A DNA stretch of 62,943 bases, the filler included, from Trichomonas gallinae (taxonomy: Eukaryota): the NCBI GenBank assembly GCA_008369845.1. It is 11 parts of 11 records of this genome, joined end to end, with 100 filler letters (N's around TTAATTAATTAA, not from the genome) between each part and the next. Parts side by side here need not be neighbours in the genome. Positions count along the whole stretch, not along the records: positions 25,910 to 51,413 come from MRSU01000272.1; positions 51,514 to 55,826 come from MRSU01000279.1; 9 more parts are not named here. The stretch is one strand, 5' to 3'. Position numbers and translations under genes: made by a program. Under the pieces are notes generated by a model. The model did no database searches and was not told where the DNA came from. It saw only the letters and a program-made list of their open reading frames with translations. Below, one piece after another: positions 42,133 to 54,858 of this stretch. The first letter of the stretch is position 1; every line of letters starts with the position of its first letter.

Positions 42133-42962
42133 ATGTTTTTGTTATGAATTAAATGTTTGTTATGCGAATTGAAATTAATTTGCTTTTAATCTATTGAAAT
42201 AATACATTTTCAATCATATAGCATGCATCCAAAATAACATAATAATATTTTATTGGATTGCTTATTATAATTCATTTGAATTCAAATATTTATTTTTTAA
42301 GTGTAACATATCGATTAATGTTAGTAATATGTATTTTTGTCACCTACAGTATAGCATTGTATCACGTAAATAGACAGAAGTTGATAAATTGTATTTCATA
42401 AAAATCGCAATTTATAGTGTTCGCATTAAATCGGATACATATGTTTATGATGGCTACATATTATAAATCCCCACAAGGGAAAAACCTCGAAATGTTTTAT
42501 GTTTGCATTTCTGATTTTTTTTTTATATATTTCAGTATTTGACACTTTACAATGGCAGATTACTTTAAAAGATTCTTTATGGAGAAATTAGCTATATATT
42601 TACCACTCTAAATAAAAAATGTGCCAGTTTTTGCACTCAAAACAATATTGTCAATTGTCAATTGAGATTATCGTAAATAAATCTCTGAAAAATAGAACTG
42701 ATTATTTTCAATTGAATTTTTAAAAAACTTAGACGTAAATTTACTTATTATACTATTATTAATATATTTTAATTTTTAAAGAATTTGTCACGCCCGTAAA
42801 AACAATGGAAAGATTTTGTAATTCAATACACTTTCAAATTTTCTGACATATGATTATTTTCGATTCAAAAATGAGAATTATGAATATGAATAATCATACA
42901 TTGCATTATTAAACATTTCCAACATTTTCTGCGTGCTTTTGCGCCCGTGAGAATCTTGTATG

Positions 42963-43271
42963 ATTTGTGAAGATTACAAGACCCTTATTTATGGAATGAA
43001 TTTGAGGGGATCCCTCTAAATAAATTTCCATCCAAAAATAATGATACATATAAGAAGATAAGTCTAAAACAACAAAAAATCGAAAAATACAAAACGATGT
43101 CAAAATTGAAAAACTATGTTCGTATAATTTGTGAAGATTTCAAGGCCCTTATTTGATAAGATGAATTTGAGGGGATTCCTCCAATTAAATTTCCACACGA
43201 CAATAATGATATATACAAATAGTAGAAGCAAAAGAAGCAAAAAATCTAAAAATCCAAATCGATGTAAAAAT
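42963..43271. repeat. Two diverged tandem copies (~164-bp period)
   Basis: 42963-43106 vs 43127-43271 share ATTTGTGAAGATT, CCCTTATTT and ATGAATTTGAGGGGAT. Confidence 0.85.
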
Positions 43272-43343
43272 AAGATATCTCATTAGTCCCAATTTATCTG
43301 ATATAAATAAAAAAATTACATTTTGTAAATTTTATAAATTTTC

Positions 43344-46300
43344 ATGCAAAATCAGGCCCTTCTTAATGAAGGCGAGATATATTCGCAGATACTCGAAGAA
43401 GGGCCTTTTCAACTAACGACATATCACACGAATCTTCCATATGTTGATAAACTCATCAGCTTACAGTTGTTTTCGCCAAATGATTATCCGCTAATCAAGA
43501 AAAATTTATTGAACTCCAAATATCCATCACAAATTATTCTCGGTATTTTCGAAAATATTCCATACGATGAAGAATCGCTTCTAAAATTTATCAATAATCC
43601 GAATTTTTCACTTGTAAATGTGTATCTTTCAGCTTATTACATACATTTGGCATTCGTAACGTGGATAGCATCGCGCAGGCCTGACGAATTACCTCCAAAA
43701 TCGCTCGTTTCTGCTGTAACTTTTATATCTGATTCAAGTATGTTTGGAGAAGCGAAAGATGTTCTCAAAATATCGCACTCGATCTTTTATTTCCTTTTCC
43801 GTAAATATTTTGCATCAAAGAAAGAATTAATTTTCGATTATACAACATTTTTAGTCATATTTTTATCCCAAAATCGAAATTCGTCAATTGAAATATACAA
43901 CTTGCTGCTTCTTGCTATACCTGCCGTTTCTGAGAGAAGTGTATCATCACACATCGAAGATAATTTTCATGACTATATTTTACTTTGCACTTCACTCGAT
44001 TTACCATCATCAATCGCATCAGGATTTATACAATCTATAGTTTATCACATTTCTGCTCTCGATTACAACTCACTTGTATTATTTCAAAAATTATACCCAT
44101 TTTTAGAGAAAGAAGACAATATTACACATTTCCTTGAATTAATACCGATCTCAATTGTCGATGCAATTGGTGCTTTGCCTCCAATAAGTTTGCCAGAGCC
44201 TATTGAACCAATTGTTGTCGACAATAGTCAAGGAGACAACTCGTTATTACAGTTCCTCAGCTATGACTCGTTCCCAAAGGGACTAAATATCGAGGATGTT
44301 CTCGAATTCTCTGATTCTATTACGATGCAAGATATCGTAGGTGTTGAATTCTTACGGAAAATCGACGTTATTATTTCGATAATGAAAAATGATGAGAAAA
44401 CAATACCTGATTTTGTTACCAATTTTATATCATGCGTGCAACTTCAAAAATCAAACTCGAATATTCTTCAATTACTTGGTGTTGTCATGTATATGGCAAC
44501 TTACATACCACAACTATTCAATGTTGATGCTTTTAACAAAATTTTAATGCACAAACTCTTATTTAATCCTGGAATTACAATTTACAACAACCCGGAAAAC
44601 TTTTCTCAACTAAGCATGTTAAGAAATTACGCATTAAAGACGTTTATTAATCGTCCCGATGTCCTAGACAACTTTTTATCAGAAAATAGAATTTATCCAC
44701 TTTTATTCGCAGAAATCATATACAGATTTATAACAATCGGAGCAAATCAGATACCGCCATTTATATTTACTAGTTCCTTAATCAAAGCAGCTTTATTTTA
44801 CAGATCATTCGATAATGATAACACAAGGACAGCTTTGCTTGCGATTTTCTTCTCTATGCACGCATCTTTTCAACAAAGAAACATTCTTGTCGAGACTTTT
44901 TCGAACAGATTTTTCAGCCAAGAAATTTTAGTTTTTCTTTATGAACCAAAAATCAGAGATTTCGTATTATCTAATATAAGAAACTTCTTAGTAAATGGAA
45001 AAGAAACTGATTGCAACATGTTGCATTATTTGATGAATATAATCGACATTACATGTCCAATGTTCCCAGATAAGCAGAGTGTTGAGCTTGTTTCGGATGT
45101 TTTGCATACAATATCAGAAGTTATGATTCATAAATGGCAAGTTTCGAAATTATTCGAAAACCTTTTGTTCACTTTGATGAAGTGTGGCGGAAAATTAGGT
45201 CAAGGAAAAGAAAATGAAGAATTTTTAGATAATTTTATCGGATATTTAACACAAATCACAAATATTCACTTTTTAACATCACCAGAACTCAATGCATTGG
45301 AAAACATTGTTCGCAATATATTCGAAAATGAACCGCCAATAAAGATATTTTTGAAATTAGTTCAAGTTGCAGCTTCTTCAGCTTTGGCATCACAATCAAC
45401 ATCAGTTATCATCAAGCAACCAAAAGTTCTTCATATTGTTCTTGATTTATTCAAAGAATCTCCTCATTTTGGAGAAGTCGTTAGATTCTTAGGCGGTTTA
45501 TGCCAATACTCATACAAGAACTGCTTAGCACTCCATATTGGTGAGATTGATCTCAAGCTCATAGCAATTCTCAAGTCTGGTTTAGGAGATTCTCTTCTTT
45601 CAGATATTTTCACAGCATTAAACAGAATATCAATTGTTATTTCATCTGTTACTGTTATGCAACGCTACATTTCACTACTATGTCCACAAAATGGAATAAT
45701 TACTCAATTAAATATTGACGCTTTAAGAGCAATAACAGCAAATATGTCACTCGCTAGAAGAATACCGCTCGTTTCAATGCCATTTTCGAACGACTCAATA
45801 GTTACAATTAAAGATGTTCAAACAAGTTTTATTGAAAATTCATGGGCTTTGACAATATGGACATGGTACGAACCAGATTCAGCTCAATACAAGCCCAGGT
45901 TAATTCTACTGCAAGAAAGTGAAGATAAATTAATTTCAATTGCGATTTCATCGAGTTCTTTAGTTGTTAATCATCTGAGCGATGAATTTGATACTGCAGC
46001 AACAATTGATATACAAATTCAACCTAGAACTTGGATTTTGCTTGCAATTGAATACGTTTATGATGAAAACAAGGATCAGTTCGTTATGGTTGCAAGCTGC
46101 AACTGTCATGAGCCAAGGAAAATAAACCTTCCGCTTTACGAATGGAAGAAGAAATCAGTTGATGTAATAATTGGCGGACTTCCTAAAGATTCGATTTCAA
46201 CAAACTTTGCATCAAGATTTAGTGGATTCTCGTTCATGAAATCACTTTCATCTGAGCAATTAATTGCAATTTATGAAGCAGGTCCAAGATCAGATCCACC

Positions 46301-49300
46301 TCAAAACGAAAACACGATTTTAAGCGCGAGAACAACACTACAACAGAATGAGCTCGCTTTCATAGAGAGCGAGAAGAATTTCGGCGTCACGATGCAGTAC
46401 TCTTACAGAGATAAAGAGACAATGGTTTCTTTTTCAGAAATTCTCGGCCAAATGTGCAAAGTCGAGTTTCTTCTGCCGCTGTTTTCACAACTTGACTGTC
46501 CCATTAATGTTCCAGACGTTTCATATCCTGCTTTGATAATTGATGTTTTTTCGAGCACACTAAGTATGTCATCTGAAGCACAAATTTATTTCGCTGATTC
46601 GTTTGGATTCAATGTCATTTCACATCTACTTATTACATGCGACGCTAAGCATATTAACTACGAGCTTTATCTTCACTTCCAAGCTGTCTTAGAAGCCATG
46701 CAGGAAGACATTCTGATTGTTCAATTATTAGATGCAATTCTTTTGAATTTATCTGTCTGGAGCAGAGCTGACGGAATCAGTCATACAAGAATCATCAAAC
46801 ACTGGGCGAGAGCAATTTACACATCATACTCAAGCCAGTTCCATCAGTTAAGGCCAATTAAGCATCTTTTGACAATAATGAAATTATACTGCAGTAACAA
46901 AATCGCTCTTGCGCCAAATGTCAACATTAATGATTGCCTCAGAGCATATAAGTCTATCGTTACTCAAATGGCAATGGAATTCGGCGTCGACAACAAAACA
47001 TTTTTGTTCATGATAGGAATTACAGTAACTCCCAACAGTCCAACAAAAGAATATTTGACTATATTAGGAGAATTGTTGCAGTCTAAGCCTTGTCCATTCA
47101 AAGATGTGACGTTCAATGCTCTGAGTTTATTGATGCTCACATTTTCATTCAACGATGAAACTATCATAACAATGGTGTTCGAAATTCTATATCTTGCTGA
47201 CCAAAACAATCTTTTCACAGATACAAGCATCAACGACCACATCAATATCATATTGAATCAGATGACACACGATTTCTGCAGGGAGTCTGTTTTCAATTCG
47301 CTCCTTGAAATGATGCTGCAAGGCTTTTACGCTTTGCTGCCGATTTTGTGCTGGATTGCTATTAATTTAGGTCCGTCTGCAATGACAACTCTCGCAAACA
47401 AACTTCAACCTAATCCAGAATACTGCAAAGATCCCAACTGGTTCTTCTGGCCAATAATATTGATCGTTCAGGCACCAGGACCTACTCATTATCTGCTGTT
47501 TAATTTCCTGATTTTATCACACATAGAAAGCATTGCAGAAACTATCGAAGATTTGTATGAGTCAATTGATGCTGTCGCTGATGCCCTTAATATAAATGCA
47601 ACAAGTGACTTGAAGTGCAAACTATTGCATACGATTGCAGATTATTTGTTGAACAACGTTTGCGGCAAAAACTTGATAATGGCTTTCTTCAGATTATGCG
47701 AGAAATTCATTTTTTATGACAATGACAACAGAGCTCTTCAGACGCTTACACAGTTCTCTCCATTTGAAGTTGCTGCAAATAGAAGAAAGAGATCACTGAC
47801 AACTAAAGAAGTTCCTAAACAGCCATTTAATGTTGTAAACTTCAGGCAAACATTCGGAAAAACAATGTGGATGACACCATCTGAAGTAAACAATGCAATA
47901 AGGAACACAAATCGCAAGCCAAGTGAAGAAAGAGTCCATGTTTTCAGTCTCAGGATTTCAGCAGATGGTGGATGGACTGATGCTGATTTGGCAGAAAAGT
48001 GTTTATCACTTTTCCAAAGATGGAGTGCTCCAGAATTTTTGTCATTTGATCTTGCACTATGTGTTTTCTTGGCTCCATTTTACTATGATTGCGTCAAGAC
48101 ACATATTAATAGAATCAACTTGACACAACAAGCGTTTTCTAATAACATCCCATTATTAGCATTATTGAATCAAAAATGTCAGGAAAATTCCCATCCAGTT
48201 CTTTTCAAGTTGCCAGGTGATTCAATGATTCAAGCATCAAAAGCTTTAGAAGAATTCGTAAGAACATCAGAACTCGAGCCAGTTAAATCATCACTTTTGT
48301 TATTAAGAACTTTGCAAAGCCATAATTTAATGATCCAGCAAAAGTCAAACAAGATATTATCGATATTGGATACCAATGCTGTTTCAGGTGCAGCCAACCA
48401 AGAAAGAAACTACTTATTCAGGCTACAAAAGAATAGAAGAGACAACGAAAGGATCTGGTTGAGATTGTGGAGATGTATGACAATCGATGGAGCTCCATGG
48501 GCCATTGCAAACGAAGGAAAAGAAAAGGTGAAGATAGCTTTGAAGCGCGACAACAGTTTGTGCTCATTCGGTTGCCCATCGAGACTCAAGAGAGATCTGC
48601 CGAAGAACAAAAATGACGACATTGTGACGAGATTCCAGACAGAAACAAAGAACGAATACATGTGCGAACTTGTCAATCCTTTCTCTGTTTCAAAAGCAAT
48701 CATTTCTTTTTCAGCTATAAATATGTATATAAGGAAAGCAGGTGGTTCTGTCAGAGAATGGCCAATTGATTCTATTAAATATGTCATAAGCCACAAACAA
48801 ATTCGCGGTAAGAAGGCTTTGGAATTTTTCTTCAAAGATAAGAAGACGAAATTATTCACACTCGAAGATGATAACTACGAAGTTGTTTACAATATCTTGA
48901 AATCTAACAAACTAATTGCAACGTCAATGAACGTCCAAATATTCACTCGTCTTTGGCAACAGCGCCAGATCTCAACATTCGATTACTTGATGCACCTGAA
49001 TAGATTGAGCGGACGCACATTCAATGACATCGAGCACTATCCAGTCATGCCATGGCTTCTTACGAATTTCGACACAGATGAAATAGAATTAGAAAATGGA
49101 AAATATATCAGAGATCTCAGAAAGCCAGTCTCTCAGCTTGGAGAAGATAGATTGATGCAGCTGATGAATCAATTCAAGGAAACAGGAGGGGAATATTACA
49201 CACTTCCTGGCTCACAACTTAGACCGTCAGACATAGCAGACTGTCTTTCAAGACTTCCTCCATTTAAGTGCGATCATCCATGCGATTCATATGAAGCAAT

Positions 49301-50948
49301 ATTTAAGAAATCTACAGAAGACTTAAACTGCTTCTCAGAACTTCCAGCGGAGTTTTATTTCCTGCCAGAAGCATTCATCGAAAACGATGACCACACGAAG
49401 AACTTGAAATTCCCGAAGTGGTCTAACAACAACGCTTTCGATTTCGTCTATTTGAGCAGGAAAGTCTTGGAGTCTGAAATTGTCTCTAAAACAATTCCGC
49501 GCTGGATTGACATGATATGGGGAACATGCCAACAAGGCCCTCAAGCTTTGTCAGCATTCAACATATTCCATCCAGATATTTACACCGAAATCTCGGACAG
49601 GAAAGAAGGCTATTCCCCATCCAAGCTTTTCGGCGACTCTCATCCAGTCAGAGACGTTTTGCAAAAGAAATCGTATCCAGTGAAGAATCAAGTTTTGATG
49701 CAGATCATGTCAGAAGCAATTGTTTTCGTTGGTCTTCGCAAATCGAAGAGCTCGCCAAACGCATATCACATGTTGACGCTAGATATCACTGGCCAAATCA
49801 CAGACTCAATGGTCGACTTCCTGCAGATCGCTAAGCACTGCAACAAAGATGCAAACTCGACGACAATCATTCCAAAGTCCAAATCAAAGAAGATAACTTT
49901 TTCAAATCTCCAGCATAAAAACGATTCTGTGAACCAGTTAATCAAGTTCAAATTAGCACCAGAATATTCTCTTAACTCCCTCTCGACTGCAGCTCTTCAA
50001 GATGATAAGATTATCTCGAGTTATTCGTTCGACAAACTCAATGACATCGACAGGTCAGCGAGCTTCGGCATGTTATCATCACAGTCCAACAATAACATGA
50101 GAAGATTGAGCTTCTCGCCAACAAATGGAACAATGACTTGCCCGAGTGCCCCTTACTTCATGATTCCAGATTTCAACAGAGTCCTTCCATCGCCAAAGAA
50201 ACGCGACGGAAAGTTCATTGAAATGAATGACTGCCAAACAATTGCGTTTGTTGATGCCGGCAATGTCAACCTTATTACAAACGGCAAACTCGAGACTATG
50301 AAGACTAACATCAACGATGTCACGTATATTGCTGGAAACAAGTCTTGGTTCGTTACAGCAAACAGAGGAAGCGTTTTGACATTCTACAAACAAGATAATT
50401 CGTTAACTACCGATATGAAATTCTTGTTCAATATTCCATTATATAGAGATTCCATAACATGTGTTTCTTTATCCAAATCGTTTGGTTTAGCTGCAGCTGG
50501 AACACGCGATGGTTTTCTTTTCTTCATTTCTTTGTCTCGTGGAACAATTTTCGCAACAGTCGACTTGGGAGACAGCTCTCGCCCGCTTAAGATGCTTGTC
50601 ACACACCACTGGGGCTTCGTGCTTGTCTACATGACTGAACTCCAGAAAGGCCAACTCAATCATGTCATAGCATTATATTCTCCAAATGGCAACATGATCA
50701 GAAAGAGATCGATTGCCTCAGCCATATCATCCTGGTCGTGCTTCAAGACACCAAATGGATTCGATTATGTTGTCGCCGCAGATGATAAAGGCAGAATATA
50801 CAAGTTCGAAGCTTTCTACTTGAATATCGACGAACATATATACAGATGTTCGTGCGAAGTCCCATTCGTTGAGTACCTTCCTGAACAAGGAGGAATCATC
50901 GCAGTTACTACAGATGGCAGAATTATATTTGCGCCATGTTGTAAATAA
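43344..50948 (+). CDS. BEACH-domain protein (ConA-like, PH, BEACH, WD40)
   Basis: WQQRQISTFDYLMHLNRLSGRTFNDIEHYPVMPW, RDLRKP, ELPAEFYFLPE, PKW, WIDMIWG; C-terminal WD-like repeats. Confidence 0.92.
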   Translation: MQNQALLNEGEIYSQILEEGPFQLTTYHTNLPYVDKLISLQLFSPNDYPLIKKNLLNSKYPSQIILGIFENIPYDEESLLKFINNPNFSLVNVYLSAYYIHLAFVTWIASRRPDELPPKSLVSAVTFISDSSMFGEAKDVLKISHSIFYFLFRKYFASKKELIFDYTTFLVIFLSQNRNSSIEIYNLLLLAIPAVSERSVSSHIEDNFHDYILLCTSLDLPSSIASGFIQSIVYHISALDYNSLVLFQKLYPFLEKEDNITHFLELIPISIVDAIGALPPISLPEPIEPIVVDNSQGDNSLLQFLSYDSFPKGLNIEDVLEFSDSITMQDIVGVEFLRKIDVIISIMKNDEKTIPDFVTNFISCVQLQKSNSNILQLLGVVMYMATYIPQLFNVDAFNKILMHKLLFNPGITIYNNPENFSQLSMLRNYALKTFINRPDVLDNFLSENRIYPLLFAEIIYRFITIGANQIPPFIFTSSLIKAALFYRSFDNDNTRTALLAIFFSMHASFQQRNILVETFSNRFFSQEILVFLYEPKIRDFVLSNIRNFLVNGKETDCNMLHYLMNIIDITCPMFPDKQSVELVSDVLHTISEVMIHKWQVSKLFENLLFTLMKCGGKLGQGKENEEFLDNFIGYLTQITNIHFLTSPELNALENIVRNIFENEPPIKIFLKLVQVAASSALASQSTSVIIKQPKVLHIVLDLFKESPHFGEVVRFLGGLCQYSYKNCLALHIGEIDLKLIAILKSGLGDSLLSDIFTALNRISIVISSVTVMQRYISLLCPQNGIITQLNIDALRAITANMSLARRIPLVSMPFSNDSIVTIKDVQTSFIENSWALTIWTWYEPDSAQYKPRLILLQESEDKLISIAISSSSLVVNHLSDEFDTAATIDIQIQPRTWILLAIEYVYDENKDQFVMVASCNCHEPRKINLPLYEWKKKSVDVIIGGLPKDSISTNFASRFSGFSFMKSLSSEQLIAIYEAGPRSDPPQNENTILSARTTLQQNELAFIESEKNFGVTMQYSYRDKETMVSFSEILGQMCKVEFLLPLFSQLDCPINVPDVSYPALIIDVFSSTLSMSSEAQIYFADSFGFNVISHLLITCDAKHINYELYLHFQAVLEAMQEDILIVQLLDAILLNLSVWSRADGISHTRIIKHWARAIYTSYSSQFHQLRPIKHLLTIMKLYCSNKIALAPNVNINDCLRAYKSIVTQMAMEFGVDNKTFLFMIGITVTPNSPTKEYLTILGELLQSKPCPFKDVTFNALSLLMLTFSFNDETIITMVFEILYLADQNNLFTDTSINDHINIILNQMTHDFCRESVFNSLLEMMLQGFYALLPILCWIAINLGPSAMTTLANKLQPNPEYCKDPNWFFWPIILIVQAPGPTHYLLFNFLILSHIESIAETIEDLYESIDAVADALNINATSDLKCKLLHTIADYLLNNVCGKNLIMAFFRLCEKFIFYDNDNRALQTLTQFSPFEVAANRRKRSLTTKEVPKQPFNVVNFRQTFGKTMWMTPSEVNNAIRNTNRKPSEERVHVFSLRISADGGWTDADLAEKCLSLFQRWSAPEFLSFDLALCVFLAPFYYDCVKTHINRINLTQQAFSNNIPLLALLNQKCQENSHPVLFKLPGDSMIQASKALEEFVRTSELEPVKSSLLLLRTLQSHNLMIQQKSNKILSILDTNAVSGAANQERNYLFRLQKNRRDNERIWLRLWRCMTIDGAPWAIANEGKEKVKIALKRDNSLCSFGCPSRLKRDLPKNKNDDIVTRFQTETKNEYMCELVNPFSVSKAIISFSAINMYIRKAGGSVREWPIDSIKYVISHKQIRGKKALEFFFKDKKTKLFTLEDDNYEVVYNILKSNKLIATSMNVQIFTRLWQQRQISTFDYLMHLNRLSGRTFNDIEHYPVMPWLLTNFDTDEIELENGKYIRDLRKPVSQLGEDRLMQLMNQFKETGGEYYTLPGSQLRPSDIADCLSRLPPFKCDHPCDSYEAIFKKSTEDLNCFSELPAEFYFLPEAFIENDDHTKNLKFPKWSNNNAFDFVYLSRKVLESEIVSKTIPRWIDMIWGTCQQGPQALSAFNIFHPDIYTEISDRKEGYSPSKLFGDSHPVRDVLQKKSYPVKNQVLMQIMSEAIVFVGLRKSKSSPNAYHMLTLDITGQITDSMVDFLQIAKHCNKDANSTTIIPKSKSKKITFSNLQHKNDSVNQLIKFKLAPEYSLNSLSTAALQDDKIISSYSFDKLNDIDRSASFGMLSSQSNNNMRRLSFSPTNGTMTCPSAPYFMIPDFNRVLPSPKKRDGKFIEMNDCQTIAFVDAGNVNLITNGKLETMKTNINDVTYIAGNKSWFVTANRGSVLTFYKQDNSLTTDMKFLFNIPLYRDSITCVSLSKSFGLAAAGTRDGFLFFISLSRGTIFATVDLGDSSRPLKMLVTHHWGFVLVYMTELQKGQLNHVIALYSPNGNMIRKRSIASAISSWSCFKTPNGFDYVVAADDKGRIYKFEAFYLNIDEHIYRCSCEVPFVEYLPEQGGIIAVTTDGRIIFAPCCK

Positions 50949-51016
50949 TAAAATATTTGTCTTATTTTTTGTCAAACATATTATTTTTGGTTTCCAGCGT
51001 AATTTAATGTCTCAAT

Positions 51017-51413
51017 TGTTTTAGCTGTCAAATAGGGAAATTTTACAATATCAGATTGTCAGATTTATCGTTCAAAATTTGAAAGAATTAAATTGTCATT
51101 TTTTTAAAACAGGGGGGAGTATTCAAATGTTGATTGAATATTGTGTAATCTTAAAGAATACGATTTTGGTTAGCTCCCATCCTCGAACAGTGCCAGAAAA
51201 TCACTGGCTCATTACACTCATTGAGACTGAATACTGACACAGTGATTTTTCTCAGAAAGAGATTCAATTTGCGAATTATATTCGTTCTGATTCGATGTCT
51301 TACACATCAATGGGTGATACCCAGTATTTTGTACCACCTTTTGATGCATCAGACATCGAAACAAGAGTTTTGAGTTTTTGAAGATTATCTTGAAAATACA
51401 AGATTCTTGTCAG
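51017..51413. repeat. Dispersed structured repeat, copy 2, continuing into abutting hairpins
   Basis: Homologous to 22282-22490; followed by fold-back stems at 51197-51249, 51291-51360 and 51361-51410. Confidence 0.85.
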
Positions 51414-51513
51414 NNNNNNNNNNNNNNNNNNNNNNNNNNNNNNNNNNNNNNNNNNNNTTAATTAATTAANNNNNNNNNNNNNNNNNNNNNNNNNNNNNNN
51501 NNNNNNNNNNNNN
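51414..51513. other. Artificial contig linker
   Basis: Same spacer. Confidence 0.97.
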
Positions 51514-52079
<566 letters not shown>

Positions 52080-52649
52080 CTAAATCTATAATTTATAACA
52101 TTCATACATCATTTTAAAATAAAATTTAAATTGAAAGGAGAAAAATTTGATGAAAAATCCGGCCACTTATCGATTATGTGTTAATTTACCAGTGCTAAAC
52201 ACAGTAATGAATTCTATTCCGTAAAAAAATTGAACACTTATCGTAGAAAATGATCCATTCTACCAACTAAAAAATTCAATAAGTTTTCTGATTATGGGAG
52301 CAAAGAATACAAATTAACATAATGAATTATCTTTGATTTTGAAGTTTTACCAATCAGTAATCGAGAAAATGATAATTTAGCTAAATTTGATAATTGCTTT
52401 GAAGCTATAATCAAACCATTATTCTGTTTGGTTCACAATTTATATCAATTTCTACGAGTCCTTTTGTTGCTGTTTCGATTTTATAGTATCAAAAAAAATT
52501 ATTCGACTATTGTAGAGTAGCTAACAGAACAATAGATGAAGAAATAAATAAGTGCTAATATATTTTGCTTTTTAGCTTGATTGGAAAAAAGAAATTGTAA
52601 AATTATTCAAATATTTTGTACTATGAAGTTCAAAGATATTACCGTTTAT

Positions 52650-53789
52650 TTAGAATTTATCCTTTGAGCATGCAACACCCCAAATTTCGACCTTTTGTAA
52701 ATACAACCAACGATTTCCTGACCAGTTGTGGCCTGTCTGAATAATTCTAAAGTATTTGAAGTAGCCGTTTGTCTCAAGAGGCCATGTCTTCTCAGAGAAT
52801 GGCTCTCTCAAAGATTCATCGTTATTATGTGTTGAAAGAACAATCCAGTTTTGGCGATCGTTTGATGCCTGGAAAGCCCAGTTCTTGAGTGTTGAAGTAC
52901 CACCATGCGACCAAATACCGTAATGTGTAGGTTGAATGTATAACTCCTTGAATTCGAAAAGAACCCAAGCGTTGCCATCACTTTCTGTAAACCAATGCTT
53001 GATCGGGTCGTCTTCGACAATTGTAGCTGGATCACGTCCGTTCAATGAGCCTGAAGCTTCTACACCGATCTGATCTCTGAGGCGGTGGAAAAGACCTGGG
53101 TCCGGAGGAGCAGCGAGGCAAACAGCTGAGAATGTTGGCTTTTTCAGTGAAGAATCTGGTAAAGCTGGATCGAATTGTTTGAATTCAGCAAATTGCTCTT
53201 GGTCAATTTGTGCAGAACGGCAGTATTTAGCAATGATATCATCACGAACGTATCCATTTGAGAATCTAGCCTTCTTAATTAAAAGCTTGAATTCAGGAAC
53301 TTTCAAGAAAGCGAAATCTGTGTGTGCGCTCATTTTCTCCATTAATGTAGCGCAGAATTTCATGAATCTTGTTAATTCGGAAAGAGCGAAACCGACATGC
53401 TTTAGTAAAACAAGAGCAGTGTCTGGATTAGCGATTGTCTGAAGGTAATCATTGATTGTGTTGAAAAGTGTTTCAATTTTGAGGTCGAATGCCAACAATA
53501 AAGCGCCGGCAAGGTTTTCTAAATTAAGATTAATTTTCTTTGAATAGAGGAATGTTAAGAAAAGCTGGAATGAAGATGCTGTATACTTACTGTCGAGTGT
53601 ACATGTGGTGATAGAATTATCCTTGAAATGCTCGTTGAAAAATTTTGAGCATCCACATAATAAAACTCTGTGCGATTTAAACTCTTTTCCTTCAGCAATA
53701 ATCGTGCAGTCACAGAATCTCTGATCAATGGCGATCTTTTCGAAGTCGAAGACCGTGTCTCTCGTCAGCACTTGAGACTGTTCACTCAT
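52650..53789 (-). CDS. BTB/POZ plus F5/8 type C (discoidin-like) domain protein
   Basis: FCDCTIIAEGKEFKSHRVLLCGCSKFF; C-terminal AWVLFEF..PTHY..LKNWAFQASND..W..FKYFRIIQTG..VEIWG. Confidence 0.88.
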   Translation of the reverse strand: MSEQSQVLTRDTVFDFEKIAIDQRFCDCTIIAEGKEFKSHRVLLCGCSKFFNEHFKDNSITTCTLDSKYTASSFQLFLTFLYSKKINLNLENLAGALLLAFDLKIETLFNTINDYLQTIANPDTALVLLKHVGFALSELTRFMKFCATLMEKMSAHTDFAFLKVPEFKLLIKKARFSNGYVRDDIIAKYCRSAQIDQEQFAEFKQFDPALPDSSLKKPTFSAVCLAAPPDPGLFHRLRDQIGVEASGSLNGRDPATIVEDDPIKHWFTESDGNAWVLFEFKELYIQPTHYGIWSHGGTSTLKNWAFQASNDRQNWIVLSTHNNDESLREPFSEKTWPLETNGYFKYFRIIQTGHNWSGNRWLYLQKVEIWGVACSKDKF

Positions 53790-54657
53790 ATATTAAAAAT
53801 AATTTACGGGTTCATTCAATTTGATAGCTTTAGAGAACACTCATCACCTACTATTTATTTTATCAAAATAGTCCAATTCTATCGTATAAAAAATGATTTT
53901 TCTCTCAAATCTAATTGGTTTTCTATTTAACATATGATTTTTATTTTATATTTAGACATTATTCATTTAGAATATAATATATCTCAAATAAAATTTGATT
54001 ATATTAATTTTATTTTAAAATATAAATTTATATCATATAATTATATTATTATCAAGATTTGATTGAATTTTTCAAAAATTGAAATGTTTACAGACCGAAT
54101 ATGAAAAATATTTGACATACCCATTTTTATTGTAAAAATAGATTTAATAAAAGATACAATAGCGAATTTTATCGGTTTGCCAGTATTCGACAACGATTAT
54201 TTTATTTGACGTTTAAATTTTTTTGATTGGCCTCTTTCAATTCAATTTTGAAGTTTTCGATAATTGCCATCCTTTTATCATTCATATGTTTGGATAAATC
54301 AATTATTTCATAGTGTCACTTTTTAGGTACTAAAATATTTTCTTTTGATTATTAGAATGATAATTTAAATATCTCTATAGTAGATACATAGAATTATTGA
54401 ATTAAATATTAAAAACCTCGAGTTTGCAAATTTTCGTTCAATATATTGGCTAATATCAACAACTAACACCCTTTAACAATGATAAATATGGCCATATATA
54501 ATGTACCGATACGTAAAAATAACATTAGTGCATTTTTTAAAAGTTATTTATTTATCAATTGAAATGAATGTCATTATACAAGTGATTGCAACAACAAGCA
54601 TAATAGCAAGCAGATTATCAATGCATGCACAATTTTCTGTAAATAAGATTATGTTTG

Positions 54658-54858
54658 CATTTAAAATGACTCTATTATTTTGAAATATCTTGTGAAATTA
54701 TCAGTTTTCAAGTCAATTGATCAATTTAATGCAATAAATTCTCTAACTCTAATGCATTGATAATTTTTGTTCATTTAAATGCAAATATCTGTATTTTGAC
54801 CTTGTAAAATAATCATTTTTCAAGCCAACCGATCAATGTGATGCATTGGATGCTCTAA
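54658..54858. repeat. Two diverged tandem copies (~113-bp period)
   Basis: 54658-54746 vs 54772-54858 share CATTTAAA, TATTTTGA, TTTTCAAG.CAA..GATCAAT and CTCTAA. Confidence 0.65.
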
